NCBI GenBank assembly: GCA_958295945.1
Contig: OY282386.1
Coordinates: forward strand, 1,687,371 to 1,751,370
Reading direction: 5' to 3'
DNA from: Candidatus Poribacteria bacterium
GTDB taxonomy: Bacteria; Poribacteria; WGA-4E; WGA-3G
Length of the DNA stretch: 64,000 nucleotides
Shown piece by piece: positions 32,501-41,345 of the stretch. The position numbers and the translations under genes were made by a program. Every line of letters starts with the position of its first letter. Within the stretch, counting starts at the first letter, position 1. The notes beneath the pieces are model-generated. The model was not told the origin of the DNA. It did not search any database and saw only the letters and a program-made list of their open reading frames with translations.

Positions 32501-33092
32501 CACATTTTGAGAGTCTATTCTTGCTGCCGTGATAAGACATAATGTACGCAGGACCGCGGAAATCATGCCAAACCATTCCAAACGCATGGCCGAGTTCATG
32601 GGCAATGGTTTGCCAATTCCAACAGTAGTTAGTTGCTGATCCAGTGACTCCGTTACCGCCACCGAATCCGCATACACCATGAGGCAGTTCCTTTGCCCCA
32701 TGTGTGTCAAACATAATCACATAAATGCCTCTCTGTGGGGGTATAAACTGTTCTATATCTTCTTCATTCCGATTGATATGATTGTGCAAATAATGTGCAT
32801 AAGTAAATTTCCCGACTGTATGATGGACCACGGCGTTTCCGCTGGCATCGGTTTCAAACTGAAAGGTTTTTCTACCGAATCCGTGGCGTTCCATTTCATC
32901 AGCAAAGAAAAGTTGTGCTTTCTTGATGAGTGCGTCGATCTCTGTATCTACGTTGGGGCGGAGTGCCGTGTCGCTTGCGCGGAAGTAGATGAGTCGCACA
33001 ATCGGGCGAGAATCTTGTGCCTGCACAAAATGCGGTATGAAAATAAGTGCTATAAGACATGCCAGTCCAATTGAAAATAGTTTTCTATTCAT
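26547..33092 (-). CDS. Giant secreted protein: metzincin-like domain, internalin-type LRR blocks, Big_1-like Ig domains, dockerin-like repeat, YPNPFN C-terminal domain
   Basis: HELGHAFGMVWH and Met-turn YIMSY; 22-aa LxxLxLxxNxISDxSxL repeats; ISGDxQ...PVTF Ig domains; DVNADGIVD/DVNGDGVVN; LLANYPNPFNPETWIPY. Confidence 0.92.
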   Translation of the reverse strand: MNRKLFSIGLACLIALIFIPHFVQAQDSRPIVRLIYFRASDTALRPNVDTEIDALIKKAQLFFADEMERHGFGRKTFQFETDASGNAVVHHTVGKFTYAHYLHNHINRNEEDIEQFIPPQRGIYVIMFDTHGAKELPHGVCGFGGGNGVTGSATNYCWNWQTIAHELGHAFGMVWHDFRGPAYIMSYHGSKNRLSKCAAEVLNMNPAFNTDQTVSKNQSGTIKMLPPSLAAPPNTIRLRFEVTDPDGLHQALLLTPETEPRGLGGGLLGCKLLNGQSSTIEFITTGLPPKNNVVELQIIDVFGSFITSRVFPIDISSLLPPSQVVSIPDATLALAVRQALNLSSTQALTTHSMLNLWKLDTPNSGITDLTGLEHAHNLRSLNLGTEYIEGEGYVNSNTVLDLSALSELTNLTSLNLNNNNISDLSALSESTNLTSLNLWNTNISDVSPLSELTQLTWLVLNNNTISDVSALSGLTNLTRLDLGSNNISDVSVLSELTQLNWLHLSGNNISDVSALSELTNLTSLNLNNNNISDISVLSELKNMSSLYLANNNISDISALSGLTNLTRLNLGSNNISDVSVLSGLTNLTRLDLGSNNISDVSVLSELTNLTQLWLHNNNISDVSALSGLTNLNSLLLANNNISDISALSGLTNLTQLQLHNNNISDVSPLVKLNLIGTQWDSTGLYLWINPLSYVSINTHIPAMQAKGVEVQYSQRTPTKLLKISGDTQQALTNTKLPLPFVAQVRDQSNRPFAEVPVTFSITKGGGKLSTTNTTTDAKGRAKARFTLGQTEGETTIRVTAVKISQPIQFTVTAILPTSFVHLPDTNLTAKIIETLGKPTDASITVADMLTLTSLTANNASISTLTGLQHASNLTSLKLNSNNLSNIDSLTGLTQLTTLSLDNNNLSNIAPLVELTQLETLSLENNKLSDVAPLVELTDLKTLRLHGNLLSYPSLYTTIPTLRSHGVDVVVDTRTPTTLINIPGTPGVAGATLQVIVQVQDQKGVAFAGVPVNFTLTTSGGHRWTSKAISSLNGKAATTLTLGPEPGENTVSATVTEIPQPLNFTITAIDGNTLVHIPDVNLYAKIVETLNKPKNAKLNAGDLLALTRLDAQNANIQDLTGIEYASNLSSLNLGAEYIEGEGTVNSNTVSNLSPLIGLTALTYLNLSHTILVDLSALSELTNLNSLDLVNNNISDISALSGLTNLTQLWLHNNNISDVSALSGLTNLNSLLLANNNISDISALSGLTNLTQLQLHNNNISDVSPLVKLNLIGTEWDSTGLYLWNNPLSYVAINTHIPAMQAKGVEVQYSQRTPTKLLKISGDAQQAITNSELPLPYVVQVRDQSNRPFAEVPVTFSITKGSGELSATTAKTDKAGNAQTRLTLGETGGTMTVQASAPNVSQSVLFTVTSISLDSTVTLSDANLSAKIAETSGKPTDAPITMGDMLALTSLTANNAGISNLTGLQHASNLTSLKLNSNNLSNIDSLTGLTQLTTLSLDNNNLSDIAPLVELTQLGTLSLENNKISEVEPLVELTELKTLHLRGNLLSYPSLYTTIPTLRSHGVDVVFDTRTPTTLINIPGPSGVAGTPRQVIVQVQDQKGVAFAGVPVNFTLTTLGGHRSTSKAISSLNGKAATTLTLGPEPGENTVSATVTEIPQPLNFTITAIDGDMLVHIPDVNLHTKIAETLNKPKNAKLKAGDLLELTRLDARNADIQDLTGLEHASKLDWLNLDSNNISDVSALSGLANLTRLYLDDNNISDISALSESELTNLALLRLGRNNISDISALLGLTNLTQLYLFNNNISDTSALSALTNLTHLHLRYNNISDMSPLLALNLTGTQWDSTGLDIRNNPLNNEAIRTHIPAMQARGIVVSFDNITHPEFLIISGDKQEELVGRTLPAPFVVEYRDANGNPKEGVKVTFSITDGDAELTDTTVTTDAAGRAQTFLRFGWKLGTITITVNVTAEGINSQLTFIAHVVLPENHVPEDVNADGIVDVEDLVLVAATIGTIPSKGTYPNPDVNGDGVVNSDDLALVMAALENTPTAPAAVLTAENLQRWIDEAKQRTNRDETFQRGIIVLEQLLASMLPEKTTLLANYPNPFNPETWIPYHLAKPAEVTVRIYAVNGILIRTLSFGHKAAGVYEHRNRAAHWDGKNAQGERVASGIYFYTLTAGDFTATRKMLIRK

Positions 33093-33150
33093 GAATACTC
33101 TCCTCTATTCTGTATTCAGAATTATGGTTCTGTTTAGACAAATTCCGGCT

Positions 33151-35826
33151 CTATTTCCGTATCAACATTTTTCGTGTAGCAGTGAAATCACCTGCGGTTA
33201 ATGTATAAAAATAGATTCCGCTTGCAACGCGTTCACCTTGTGCATTTTTGCCATCCCAATACGCTGCACGGTTGCGAAGTTCATAAATCCCCGCAGACTT
33301 ATGCCCTAACGCCAAAGACCGAATTAACGTGCCATTGACCGCATAGATGCGTACCGTTACTTCTGCAGGTTTTGCTAAGTGATATGGGACCCACGTCTCT
33401 GGATTAAAAGGATTAGGATAGTTCGTCAAAAGTGCTGTCTTTTTGGGCAACAAGGTAGTAAGCAGTTGTTCAAGTACAGTGATTCCTCTTTGGAATGTTT
33501 CATCTTTGTTAGTGAGTTGCTTCGCTTCGTCAATCCATCTTTGCAAATTCTCTGCTGTCAAAACCGCTGCAGGTGCTGTGGGTGTCGTTTCCAATGCTGC
33601 CATGACTAATGCTAAATCATCACTATTGACGACACCATCACCGTTTACGTCTGTATTAGGTATTATCCCATCTGGCTGGGTTGTGCCGATAGTTGCCGCA
33701 ACTAACACGAGGTCCTCCACATCAACGATTCCATCGGCATTGACATCTTCTGGGACATGATTTTCAGGTAGGACGACACTTGCTGTGAAGGTGAGTTGAG
33801 AATTAATACCTGCTGCAGTCACATTAACAGTGATAGTACCAAGTTTCCATCCAAATCGAAGAAAAGTTTGTGCTCTACCGGCGGCATCGGTCGTAACGGT
33901 AGTATCAGTCAGTTCTGCATCACCATCGGCTATAGAAAATGTAACTTTCACTCCCTCTTTTGGTTTTCCGTTAGCATCACGATATTCCACAACAAAGGGT
34001 GAAGGCAATGTCTTCCCCACAAGTTCTTCTTGTTTATCGCCAGATATTATCAGGAATTCTGGGTGCGTAATATTGTCAAAAGATACTACAATTCCTCTTG
34101 CCTGCATAGCAGGGATGTGTGTCCGTATTGCTTCATTATTAAGGGGATTGTTCCAAAGATATAGCCCCGTGCTATCCCACTGTGTTCCTATAAGGTTTAA
34201 TTTTACCAAGGGTGATACATCCGAGATGTTATTGTTGTGAAGCCACAGTTGCGTTAGGTTTGTCAATCCTGATAGTGCAGATATATCTGATATGTTGTTG
34301 TTGGCAAGATACAGCGAACTCATATTTTTGAGTTCTGATAGCACTGATATATCTGATATGTTATTGTTGTCAAGACGCAGGTAACTCATATTTTTGAGTT
34401 CTGATATCACTGAAATATCAAAAATGTTATTGTTCCCAAGACGCAGGTAACTCATATTTTTGAGTTCTGATAGTGCAGATATATCTGATATGTTATTGTT
34501 GGCAAGATACAGCGAACTCATATTTTTGAGTTCTGATAGCACTGATATATCTGATATGTTATTGTCATAAAGATTCAGCGAAGTCAGGTTTGTCAACTCT
34601 GACAACGCAGACACATCTGAAATGTTGTTGCTGCCAAGATTCAGCCGAGTCAGGTTTGTCAACTCTGACAACGGAGACAGCTCCGATACCGTATTGCTGT
34701 TGACAGTTCCCTCGCCCTCAATGGACTCAGCCCCAAGGTTCAACGATCTCAGATTGTGCGCATGTTCAAGCCCGGTGAGGTCTGTTATTCCACTGTTGGG
34801 GACATCAAGTATCCTCAAGTTTAGTATAGAGTGCGTCGTGATGGCTTGACTTGAAGATAGTCTGAAGGTCTGTCTAACTGCTGCTGCTAAATTTGCATCT
34901 GGAATAGACACAACTTCAGCTTGAGGTAGCAGCGAAGTAACATTAATTGGAAACTTCTGAAAGTTCCATGTGAAGTTGCCATGTACATCAATAGCCATAA
35001 GGGATACAGACTTATTATTCGGTGTCAAATTGGTGACAAATTCAACAGTGGTATTTGTGGTTCCGTTTAGTGCTTTATAGCTAAGCAATTCAGAGGATCC
35101 ATAAGCTATACCAGGGGTAACGGTGGGTGTGAGGAGTTGTACCTGGTGAAGTCCATCCGGATCAGTTACCTTAAAGCGGAAACGGATGGTATTTGGAGGC
35201 GAGTCAAGACTTGATGAAAGCATTTCTATTTTTGTAGGTTCGTTCTCGGCACTTCGGCCGGGATTGAAGGCACGGTGGGTATCTAACCATTCAGCTGTAC
35301 AATGAGAAAGTTGAGGCCTTATTTTGGGTCCGTAAGACATGATGTAGTTATCGCTGCCGATGCGGAAATCGTGTTTCAATCCGAAGGCATGTCCGAGTTC
35401 ATGGGCAACGGTCTTCCAATTCCAGCAGTAGATAGTTGCGTGGCCTTTGTGACCTTCCGAACCTGATGCACCCGCGACACCGCAAACTCCTTGAGTTTGG
35501 TTTCCTCCTTCCATATAGACAACAATATTCTTACCGGGGCTGTCAAGCTTTCCATGGTGTACCACGGTGTTCCCGCTTGCATCCGTTTCAAATTGAAAGG
35601 TTTTTCTACCGAACCCGTGGCGTTCCATTTCATCCGCAAAGAAACGTTGCGTTTCCTTGATTAATGCATCAATTTCTGTGTCCGCATCAAGGCGAGGTGG
35701 GCTTCCAGGTAAGGGGCGGTAGACGACTCGCACCATCGGGCGAGAATCTTGTGCATGCACAAAATGCGGTATCAAAAAAAGTGCTATAAGACATGCAAAT
35801 CCAATTGAAAATCGTTTTCTATTCAT
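33151..35826 (-). CDS. Shorter paralog: metzincin-like + LRR + Ig + dockerin-like + YPNPFN domain
   Basis: HELGHAFGLKH, YIMSY; LRRs; C-terminal third nearly identical to the neighbour. Confidence 0.92.
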   Translation of the reverse strand: MNRKRFSIGFACLIALFLIPHFVHAQDSRPMVRVVYRPLPGSPPRLDADTEIDALIKETQRFFADEMERHGFGRKTFQFETDASGNTVVHHGKLDSPGKNIVVYMEGGNQTQGVCGVAGASGSEGHKGHATIYCWNWKTVAHELGHAFGLKHDFRIGSDNYIMSYGPKIRPQLSHCTAEWLDTHRAFNPGRSAENEPTKIEMLSSSLDSPPNTIRFRFKVTDPDGLHQVQLLTPTVTPGIAYGSSELLSYKALNGTTNTTVEFVTNLTPNNKSVSLMAIDVHGNFTWNFQKFPINVTSLLPQAEVVSIPDANLAAAVRQTFRLSSSQAITTHSILNLRILDVPNSGITDLTGLEHAHNLRSLNLGAESIEGEGTVNSNTVSELSPLSELTNLTRLNLGSNNISDVSALSELTNLTSLNLYDNNISDISVLSELKNMSSLYLANNNISDISALSELKNMSYLRLGNNNIFDISVISELKNMSYLRLDNNNISDISVLSELKNMSSLYLANNNISDISALSGLTNLTQLWLHNNNISDVSPLVKLNLIGTQWDSTGLYLWNNPLNNEAIRTHIPAMQARGIVVSFDNITHPEFLIISGDKQEELVGKTLPSPFVVEYRDANGKPKEGVKVTFSIADGDAELTDTTVTTDAAGRAQTFLRFGWKLGTITVNVTAAGINSQLTFTASVVLPENHVPEDVNADGIVDVEDLVLVAATIGTTQPDGIIPNTDVNGDGVVNSDDLALVMAALETTPTAPAAVLTAENLQRWIDEAKQLTNKDETFQRGITVLEQLLTTLLPKKTALLTNYPNPFNPETWVPYHLAKPAEVTVRIYAVNGTLIRSLALGHKSAGIYELRNRAAYWDGKNAQGERVASGIYFYTLTAGDFTATRKMLIRK

Positions 35827-35845
35827 GAATACCCTCCCTGTAGAT

Positions 35846-36937
35846 TTACGGTAAATCCATTACACAACGGAACCCGACACTGTAGTTCGTACTTTCAGGC
35901 ATGAGCATGAAGCGCGTACTGCTGCGTACATTCGCTGAGGTAACAATCCAGGAACCACCTCGTAACACCCGATTTGATTGAACTATTTCAAAGTTTTCAA
36001 TGATCTCTTGAATGGCATTTGCCCCCGAAAATGGATTTCCAGTTTGAGAAACAGCATAAAAATCCGCATCATATTCATCAAGGCACCACTCCCATACGTT
36101 GCCAGCCATATCAAACAAACCGTAGCTATTTTTAGGATAACTACCGACTGGGGCAGCGAATGCGTAACCATCATCTGCTTTTTTGTCTGACCACCAATAG
36201 TGTGGTAAATTCTTATCAGCGAAATTACACTGTTTTCCATTTGGCGCGAGGTTTCCCCATGGATATGTCTTTGCTATCATACCACCGCGGGCTGCCTTCT
36301 CCCATTCCGCTTCGGTTGGCAACCTCTTTCCTGCCCATGTTGCGAACGCCATTGCATCGTGCCAACTCACAAAAACAATAGGATGTTGATCCGTAGGAGC
36401 ATATTGCGTAACTTTCACCCACTCAGGTTCCCGATGTCCGGTTTCCTCAACAAACTGCTTATATTCACCGACTGTTACCTCATGTGTGTCCATGAAGAAG
36501 GAATCCACAAAAACTGTGTGGACAGGTTTTTCATCTTTTGCAGCTTCTTCTGAATCACTTCCCATTTGAAACTCTCCGCCGCGAATCATGACCATACCTT
36601 CTGGAACGACTGTATATTCAAGTGTTTGTGTGCCGTCTGTCCACGTCAGTTCAATGGTAATATCGCCCAGAGGGAAAGGACCGGTGATAGTCGTTCTATT
36701 TTTGGGTTGCTCTATCGTTCCAGGCACAGTTGTTAGGTTTTCTGGTGTACCGGTAAAAAACACAGTGATAGATTCATCTATACGGATAGTGCTGCCGTTT
36801 TCTGGTCTGGCAGATTTGAATTTGACTGGTCCTGGTTCAACAACATCTTCATCCCCAATATCGGATCCACAACCAAACAATGTGATGAGAAAAAGACATA
36901 TCGCCGTGAAAACAAAAAGGTTGATAGCTGTTTTCAT
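35846..36937 (-). CDS. FGE/SUMF1-fold lipoprotein with N-terminal Ig-like domain
   Basis: Lipobox LFGC; FQMGS, RLPTEAEWEKAARGG, GLFDMAGNVWEW, RGGSW, GFRC. Confidence 0.92.
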   Translation of the reverse strand: MKTAINLFVFTAICLFLITLFGCGSDIGDEDVVEPGPVKFKSARPENGSTIRIDESITVFFTGTPENLTTVPGTIEQPKNRTTITGPFPLGDITIELTWTDGTQTLEYTVVPEGMVMIRGGEFQMGSDSEEAAKDEKPVHTVFVDSFFMDTHEVTVGEYKQFVEETGHREPEWVKVTQYAPTDQHPIVFVSWHDAMAFATWAGKRLPTEAEWEKAARGGMIAKTYPWGNLAPNGKQCNFADKNLPHYWWSDKKADDGYAFAAPVGSYPKNSYGLFDMAGNVWEWCLDEYDADFYAVSQTGNPFSGANAIQEIIENFEIVQSNRVLRGGSWIVTSANVRSSTRFMLMPESTNYSVGFRCVMDLP

Positions 36938-37020
36938 AATTCTTTTCTGTCCTATGTGGCATTCTATAGGGATAACTTGGACTCTAAATTACCAAAAGAG
37001 AATGTATATGTCAAGTTGAA

Positions 37021-38529
37021 TTATAATATTAATGAAGCATTCTGTAGGAGTTGTGGATCAGCGAAGGCACTATCAGGTGTACCATCAAAAATCAGTTCGC
37101 CGTCCCGCATCAACAGAACGCGATCCGCATATTTCAAGGTGAGTTCAATGTTATGCGTTGCGAAAATCAGCGTTTTGTTTTCTTGGCGGATTTGATTGCA
37201 GAGTTCGTCCATCATACTTTGTAAGTGTTGTGCGTCCTGTCCAGTAGTAGGTTCGTCAAGTAGGAATATATCGGGATGTAGGGCAAAGGTTGATGCAACA
37301 GCAACGCGTTGCCGTTGTCCGCGTGAAAGCGAATACGGGGCTTCTGCTGCAATATCCGATAGTCTAAACTGAGTCAAAGTGTCATTGACTAAAGTGTTCA
37401 GTTTGTCCGATTTCAACTTCAGATTCTTGGGACCAAATTTCACTTCACCCCGCACAGTCTCAGCCTGCAGCAGCAGATCTGGATTCTGAAACACAATGCC
37501 TACTTTACCTGCTAACTGATGTAGCTTCAATCGTTTCATATCTTTTCCATCAATGATAACCTGACCAGGATTAGGTTTGAGCAAACCAGCAATGAGATTG
37601 AGTAGTGTTGTTTTTCCAGATCCATTTTCACCCATAATCGCAACAACTTCACCGCGCGATACTTCCAATGATATGTCTTTGACTGCATGTACTTCACTAC
37701 TTGGATATTGATAATATAAGTTCTGGATTTCAAGGATTGGATGTGAAGTGACAGGTTGTGAGCTAATAGGTTTGATAGCATCAGTTGAATCTGGCAACTC
37801 AACACCTAAGTTGTGAAAGATTGTCGTATCTTGAAAAGCATCGGATTGTGGCAAGTCTAAACAGAGTTCCCCTTCATGCATGAGCCATACACGATTGCAT
37901 AAATGTTGTACCTGCTTGACTCGGTGGGTTGCCAGTATAACTGTAATACCGAGATCAGTATTCAGTTGTTTGATTATATTGAGAATATCTCTCGTTGCGC
38001 GTGGATCCAGATGACTTGTAGGTTCATCAAGTAGTAAGACCTGTGGTTGCATCGCACAAATTGATGCAAGTGCTACACGTTGTTTTTCACCACCAGAGAG
38101 TTCAGAGACACGTCTGTTCTCATATCCGGTCAGTCCAACTTGTTCTAATGCAAGGGTTATACGTTCTCTAATCTCTTCCTGTGGAAATCCGAGATTTTCA
38201 AGACCAAAAGCAATTTCATCCTCAACATAAGTGCAGAAGAGTTGATCGTCAGGATTTTGGAAGAGGAGTGCGACCTGTTGACAAGTGATTGCCAGTGATT
38301 GTTCAGTTACATTCTGAGCATTCACATGAACAGAACCTATCAGTGTGCCAGATGAAGAATGGGGAATTAGACCATTTATAGTGCGGAGTAATGTAGATTT
38401 GCCACAACCGGTGGGTCCTGTTAGCAGGACAAAGTCACTTGGGGCAACCTGAGCATTGATGCAATTCAGTGTAGGTATTTCTCGACTTGGGTAGGTATAG
38501 GAGAGTTGTTCAATCTGAACTGGCACCAT
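37021..38529 (-). CDS. ecfA: ECF transporter fused double ATPase (EcfA-A')
   Basis: Two ABC cassettes: GPTGCGKS/LSGGEKQR/DEPT and GENGSGKT/LSRGQRQR/DEPT; FQNPD Q-helix motifs; ATG at 38529. Confidence 0.92.
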   Translation of the reverse strand: MVPVQIEQLSYTYPSREIPTLNCINAQVAPSDFVLLTGPTGCGKSTLLRTINGLIPHSSSGTLIGSVHVNAQNVTEQSLAITCQQVALLFQNPDDQLFCTYVEDEIAFGLENLGFPQEEIRERITLALEQVGLTGYENRRVSELSGGEKQRVALASICAMQPQVLLLDEPTSHLDPRATRDILNIIKQLNTDLGITVILATHRVKQVQHLCNRVWLMHEGELCLDLPQSDAFQDTTIFHNLGVELPDSTDAIKPISSQPVTSHPILEIQNLYYQYPSSEVHAVKDISLEVSRGEVVAIMGENGSGKTTLLNLIAGLLKPNPGQVIIDGKDMKRLKLHQLAGKVGIVFQNPDLLLQAETVRGEVKFGPKNLKLKSDKLNTLVNDTLTQFRLSDIAAEAPYSLSRGQRQRVAVASTFALHPDIFLLDEPTTGQDAQHLQSMMDELCNQIRQENKTLIFATHNIELTLKYADRVLLMRDGELIFDGTPDSAFADPQLLQNASLIL

Positions 38530-38551
38530 GTTAGTATATAAACAGTATGAG

Positions 38552-40537
38552 TTATGTTTGCAGTTCGTCAATTTCTACGGGTATGGAACCGAAACGTTGC
38601 ACTAAATGGCGGGAAATTGAGTCTTTGAAAGCATCAAAGGTTTCCTGAACGTTCTGCTTGAACTCATCATGGAGTTGTGCTTGCTGTTCTTGAACACGAA
38701 CAAAGAGGTTGCTAATATACGTTTGTAATTCACCAAGACGTTCACTTTGTGCTTTTGTAAATGCTGCAACCGCTTCCTTAAAGACCTCCAATTCTGCTTC
38801 TAAGTATTCCTTGAACAGTGAATTCTGAAAATTCGCGAGGGCATTCTGTGCAGCATACTGAAAATCTGAGTGTATAGTCTCGTATTCTTTCTTAACTCTT
38901 TGGCTAAGTTGTTGAGAATATTTCTGAATTTCGTGTATCCTATCACCTTGGACATTAACGAACTGGGAAATCTTCTCTTTAAATGAGTCTATCTCACTCG
39001 CTAAATAAGTTCTAAAATCTTCTACAGCGACGGTATGACGTGTTATTTTCTCAAGATGGTACCCCATTACGGCTAATCGGATAGCCTCAGGGAACATCTT
39101 GCGATGATTTTTTAGCACTTTAACAATAAACTTGATATATTGGAATCCTTGTCTGGAGAACATTTGTCGTTTGATGGAAAGGAGAAATGCACGTACCTCG
39201 TCTTTCTGAATACTTCTCACGTTATGTGTTTTATACGGTATGTGTTCCAACATGGTATAACATCGGTCAAAATAATTCTTTAACGTAGGATCATACAGCG
39301 TGGATATAACGCGTCTATACTCTTTAATAAGTTGATCCCGCGGCATCTCAGGGACGAAGTTCAGACTCATATCTGTATTATTACCAGAAGATTCTAAGAG
39401 CAAACGATCTTCCTGTTTTAGTCTATGCCACAGGTCAGTTTCCTTTAGGGCAGTTAACAAACCAGCCATCGCCATGGGAATTCCGGCTTCCTGAATGAAG
39501 TCTATGTGTGAATCAAATTCTGTATCGCCATCAAGACCGATAATAAATCCACCCGTAACTTCCATTCCCTTGTGTTGTATCTTCCTGATAGAATTCAACA
39601 GGTAACTCCCAGCATCTTCTTCTTTACTTGTATTTTGTCCTTTTGAAGTGGTAATCAATGCGTCTTCATTGGGTGTTTCAATACCAAGGAAAACCATGTT
39701 AAAGCCTGCTATACTCATTGCGTCAAGCATTTCAGGAATTTCAACAAGGTTCACACTTGCTTCTGTATAGAGTGAGAACGGAAAACCGCGTTCCTCTTGC
39801 CATTCCTGCACAGCAGGAAGTAAGCGCATTGCATCACGTTTGTTACCGATAAAGTTGTCATCAACAACAAACATTGACCCGGTCCAACCGAGTTTATACA
39901 ACATTTCAAACTCGGATAACATCTGTTCATTACTTTTGGTGCGTGGCACACGTCCAAATAACTTGGTAATATCACAAAATTCGCAGTTGAACGGACATCC
40001 TCTCGAAAACTGCAGTGCCATGGATCCATAGGGCTTTAAATCAATTAGATCATATCGTGGCGGTGGTGTTTTTGTAATATCTGGTTTTTTGGTTTCTTTG
40101 TATACCTCTTTAGCTGCTCCACTTTCAAAATCAGTCATAAAGTCTTCAAATATCTCTTCAACTTCACCGAATAGAAAATGATCAACTGTGCCGTTACATT
40201 CCTCTTTGATATTATCGTAATAAGATGTTGGATGGGGTCCACCTGCAATAATCGGTACATCTGCGCGGTTACACTCTTCAACGACATCATAGAGCGATTC
40301 TTTTTGAACAATCATCGTTGATGTCAACGCCATGTCTGCCCATTCAAGGTCAGCATCCGTTAATGTATCAACGTTCATATCAACAACTTTCATGTTGTAG
40401 TTATCGGGGAACATGCCAGCAATAGTCAATAAACCGAGAGGCGGCATAGATGATTTTTTACCGATGAAGTCTAAGGCGTATTTAAAGCCCCAGTAAGAAG
40501 GTGGGAATTGGGGGTAAACAAAGAGAGCATTTGGCAT
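38552..40537 (-). CDS. B12-binding radical SAM protein (DUF4070-type) with duplicated C-terminal helical extension
   Basis: PPLGLLT, GGPHPT, SRGCPFNCEFC, DDNFIGN. Confidence 0.9.
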   Translation of the reverse strand: MPNALFVYPQFPPSYWGFKYALDFIGKKSSMPPLGLLTIAGMFPDNYNMKVVDMNVDTLTDADLEWADMALTSTMIVQKESLYDVVEECNRADVPIIAGGPHPTSYYDNIKEECNGTVDHFLFGEVEEIFEDFMTDFESGAAKEVYKETKKPDITKTPPPRYDLIDLKPYGSMALQFSRGCPFNCEFCDITKLFGRVPRTKSNEQMLSEFEMLYKLGWTGSMFVVDDNFIGNKRDAMRLLPAVQEWQEERGFPFSLYTEASVNLVEIPEMLDAMSIAGFNMVFLGIETPNEDALITTSKGQNTSKEEDAGSYLLNSIRKIQHKGMEVTGGFIIGLDGDTEFDSHIDFIQEAGIPMAMAGLLTALKETDLWHRLKQEDRLLLESSGNNTDMSLNFVPEMPRDQLIKEYRRVISTLYDPTLKNYFDRCYTMLEHIPYKTHNVRSIQKDEVRAFLLSIKRQMFSRQGFQYIKFIVKVLKNHRKMFPEAIRLAVMGYHLEKITRHTVAVEDFRTYLASEIDSFKEKISQFVNVQGDRIHEIQKYSQQLSQRVKKEYETIHSDFQYAAQNALANFQNSLFKEYLEAELEVFKEAVAAFTKAQSERLGELQTYISNLFVRVQEQQAQLHDEFKQNVQETFDAFKDSISRHLVQRFGSIPVEIDELQT

Positions 40538-40621
40538 AATTTGTATTATTACTCCTTGAGGACAATTCGCATGCCCGCATTGCCAACATTAAAAATAAAA
40601 GTATTATACATTTCACTATGT

Positions 40622-40710
40622 ATAATACTACAATTAATGCTTGTTGTCAAATAATTCAATTTTAACAAGATAATATGAAATTTGACAATTGCAAAATTGA
40701 TGTTTATAAT
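40622..40710. promoter_or_regulatory. Divergent sigma70-type promoters
   Basis: Minus TTGACA-17-TATTAT (40650-40622); plus perfect TTGACA-17-TATAAT (40682-40710). Confidence 0.7.
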
Positions 40711-40746
40711 TCATGGATATTAATTTGGTTACAAGGGAGTTACAAA

Positions 40747-41262
40747 TTGAAGAAAAGTTTGATAATGCTGCTTGTTCTTGGACTTGCAGTGCTAAGTATT
40801 ACTGGTTGTGAAAAGGAAATAGTAGATTCCATGATAGATGTTGTGGATGCACCTACAAAGGATGATCCTGAGGCTTATACTGTTGCGTTAGTACAAGCTG
40901 CGATTGATCTATACAAATCTGATGGTATAGAAGCAGTGGCAACATATCATAATAATCCTGCCAATATTGACGAGCAATGGTATGTGTTCATCACAGATGA
41001 AAACGACATTTTTGTCGCACATGCACCAAGACCAGACTTAATAGGGACAGATCTCAAAGATGTCATAGGATCAGATGGATATGCTCTTGGAATAGAAATT
41101 TCAAAGGCTACCACAGCAGGACACTGGATTGAATATTTGTGGCCCAATCCGGTAAGTGGGGTTGAGGAGCAGAAACGCACGTGGGCAATCAGACACGAAG
41201 GATATATATTTGGTTCAGGATATTATGAACCTGTAGAATCAACTGAAACTGATACCAATTAG
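40747..41262 (+). CDS. Stand-alone Cache-domain lipoprotein
   Basis: TTG start after AAGGGAG; lipobox ITGC; YVFI...AH...LIG...D.DG...GHWIEYLWPNP...K...GSGYY. Confidence 0.8.
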   Translation: MKKSLIMLLVLGLAVLSITGCEKEIVDSMIDVVDAPTKDDPEAYTVALVQAAIDLYKSDGIEAVATYHNNPANIDEQWYVFITDENDIFVAHAPRPDLIGTDLKDVIGSDGYALGIEISKATTAGHWIEYLWPNPVSGVEEQKRTWAIRHEGYIFGSGYYEPVESTETDTN

Positions 41263-41281
41263 AATACACTTGAAGTAACAG

Positions 41282-41324
41282 AAATGTGTATGATAAGGCA
41301 CTTTACCTCATCATACACATTTTT
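41282..41324. terminator. Bidirectional terminator between convergent genes
   Basis: AAATGTGTATGAT...ATCATACACATTT stem. Confidence 0.7.
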
Positions 41325-41345
41325 CTTGCATCCTGCACTTTACAG

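Noticed and set aside
35846..36000. DGR variable region in the FGE-fold gene
   Set aside because: Fold is a common DGR target, but no reverse transcriptase or template repeat is visible in the window
35846..36937. True formylglycine-generating enzyme for the sulfatase
   Set aside because: Lacks the catalytic Cys pair after RGGS; it is a lipoprotein
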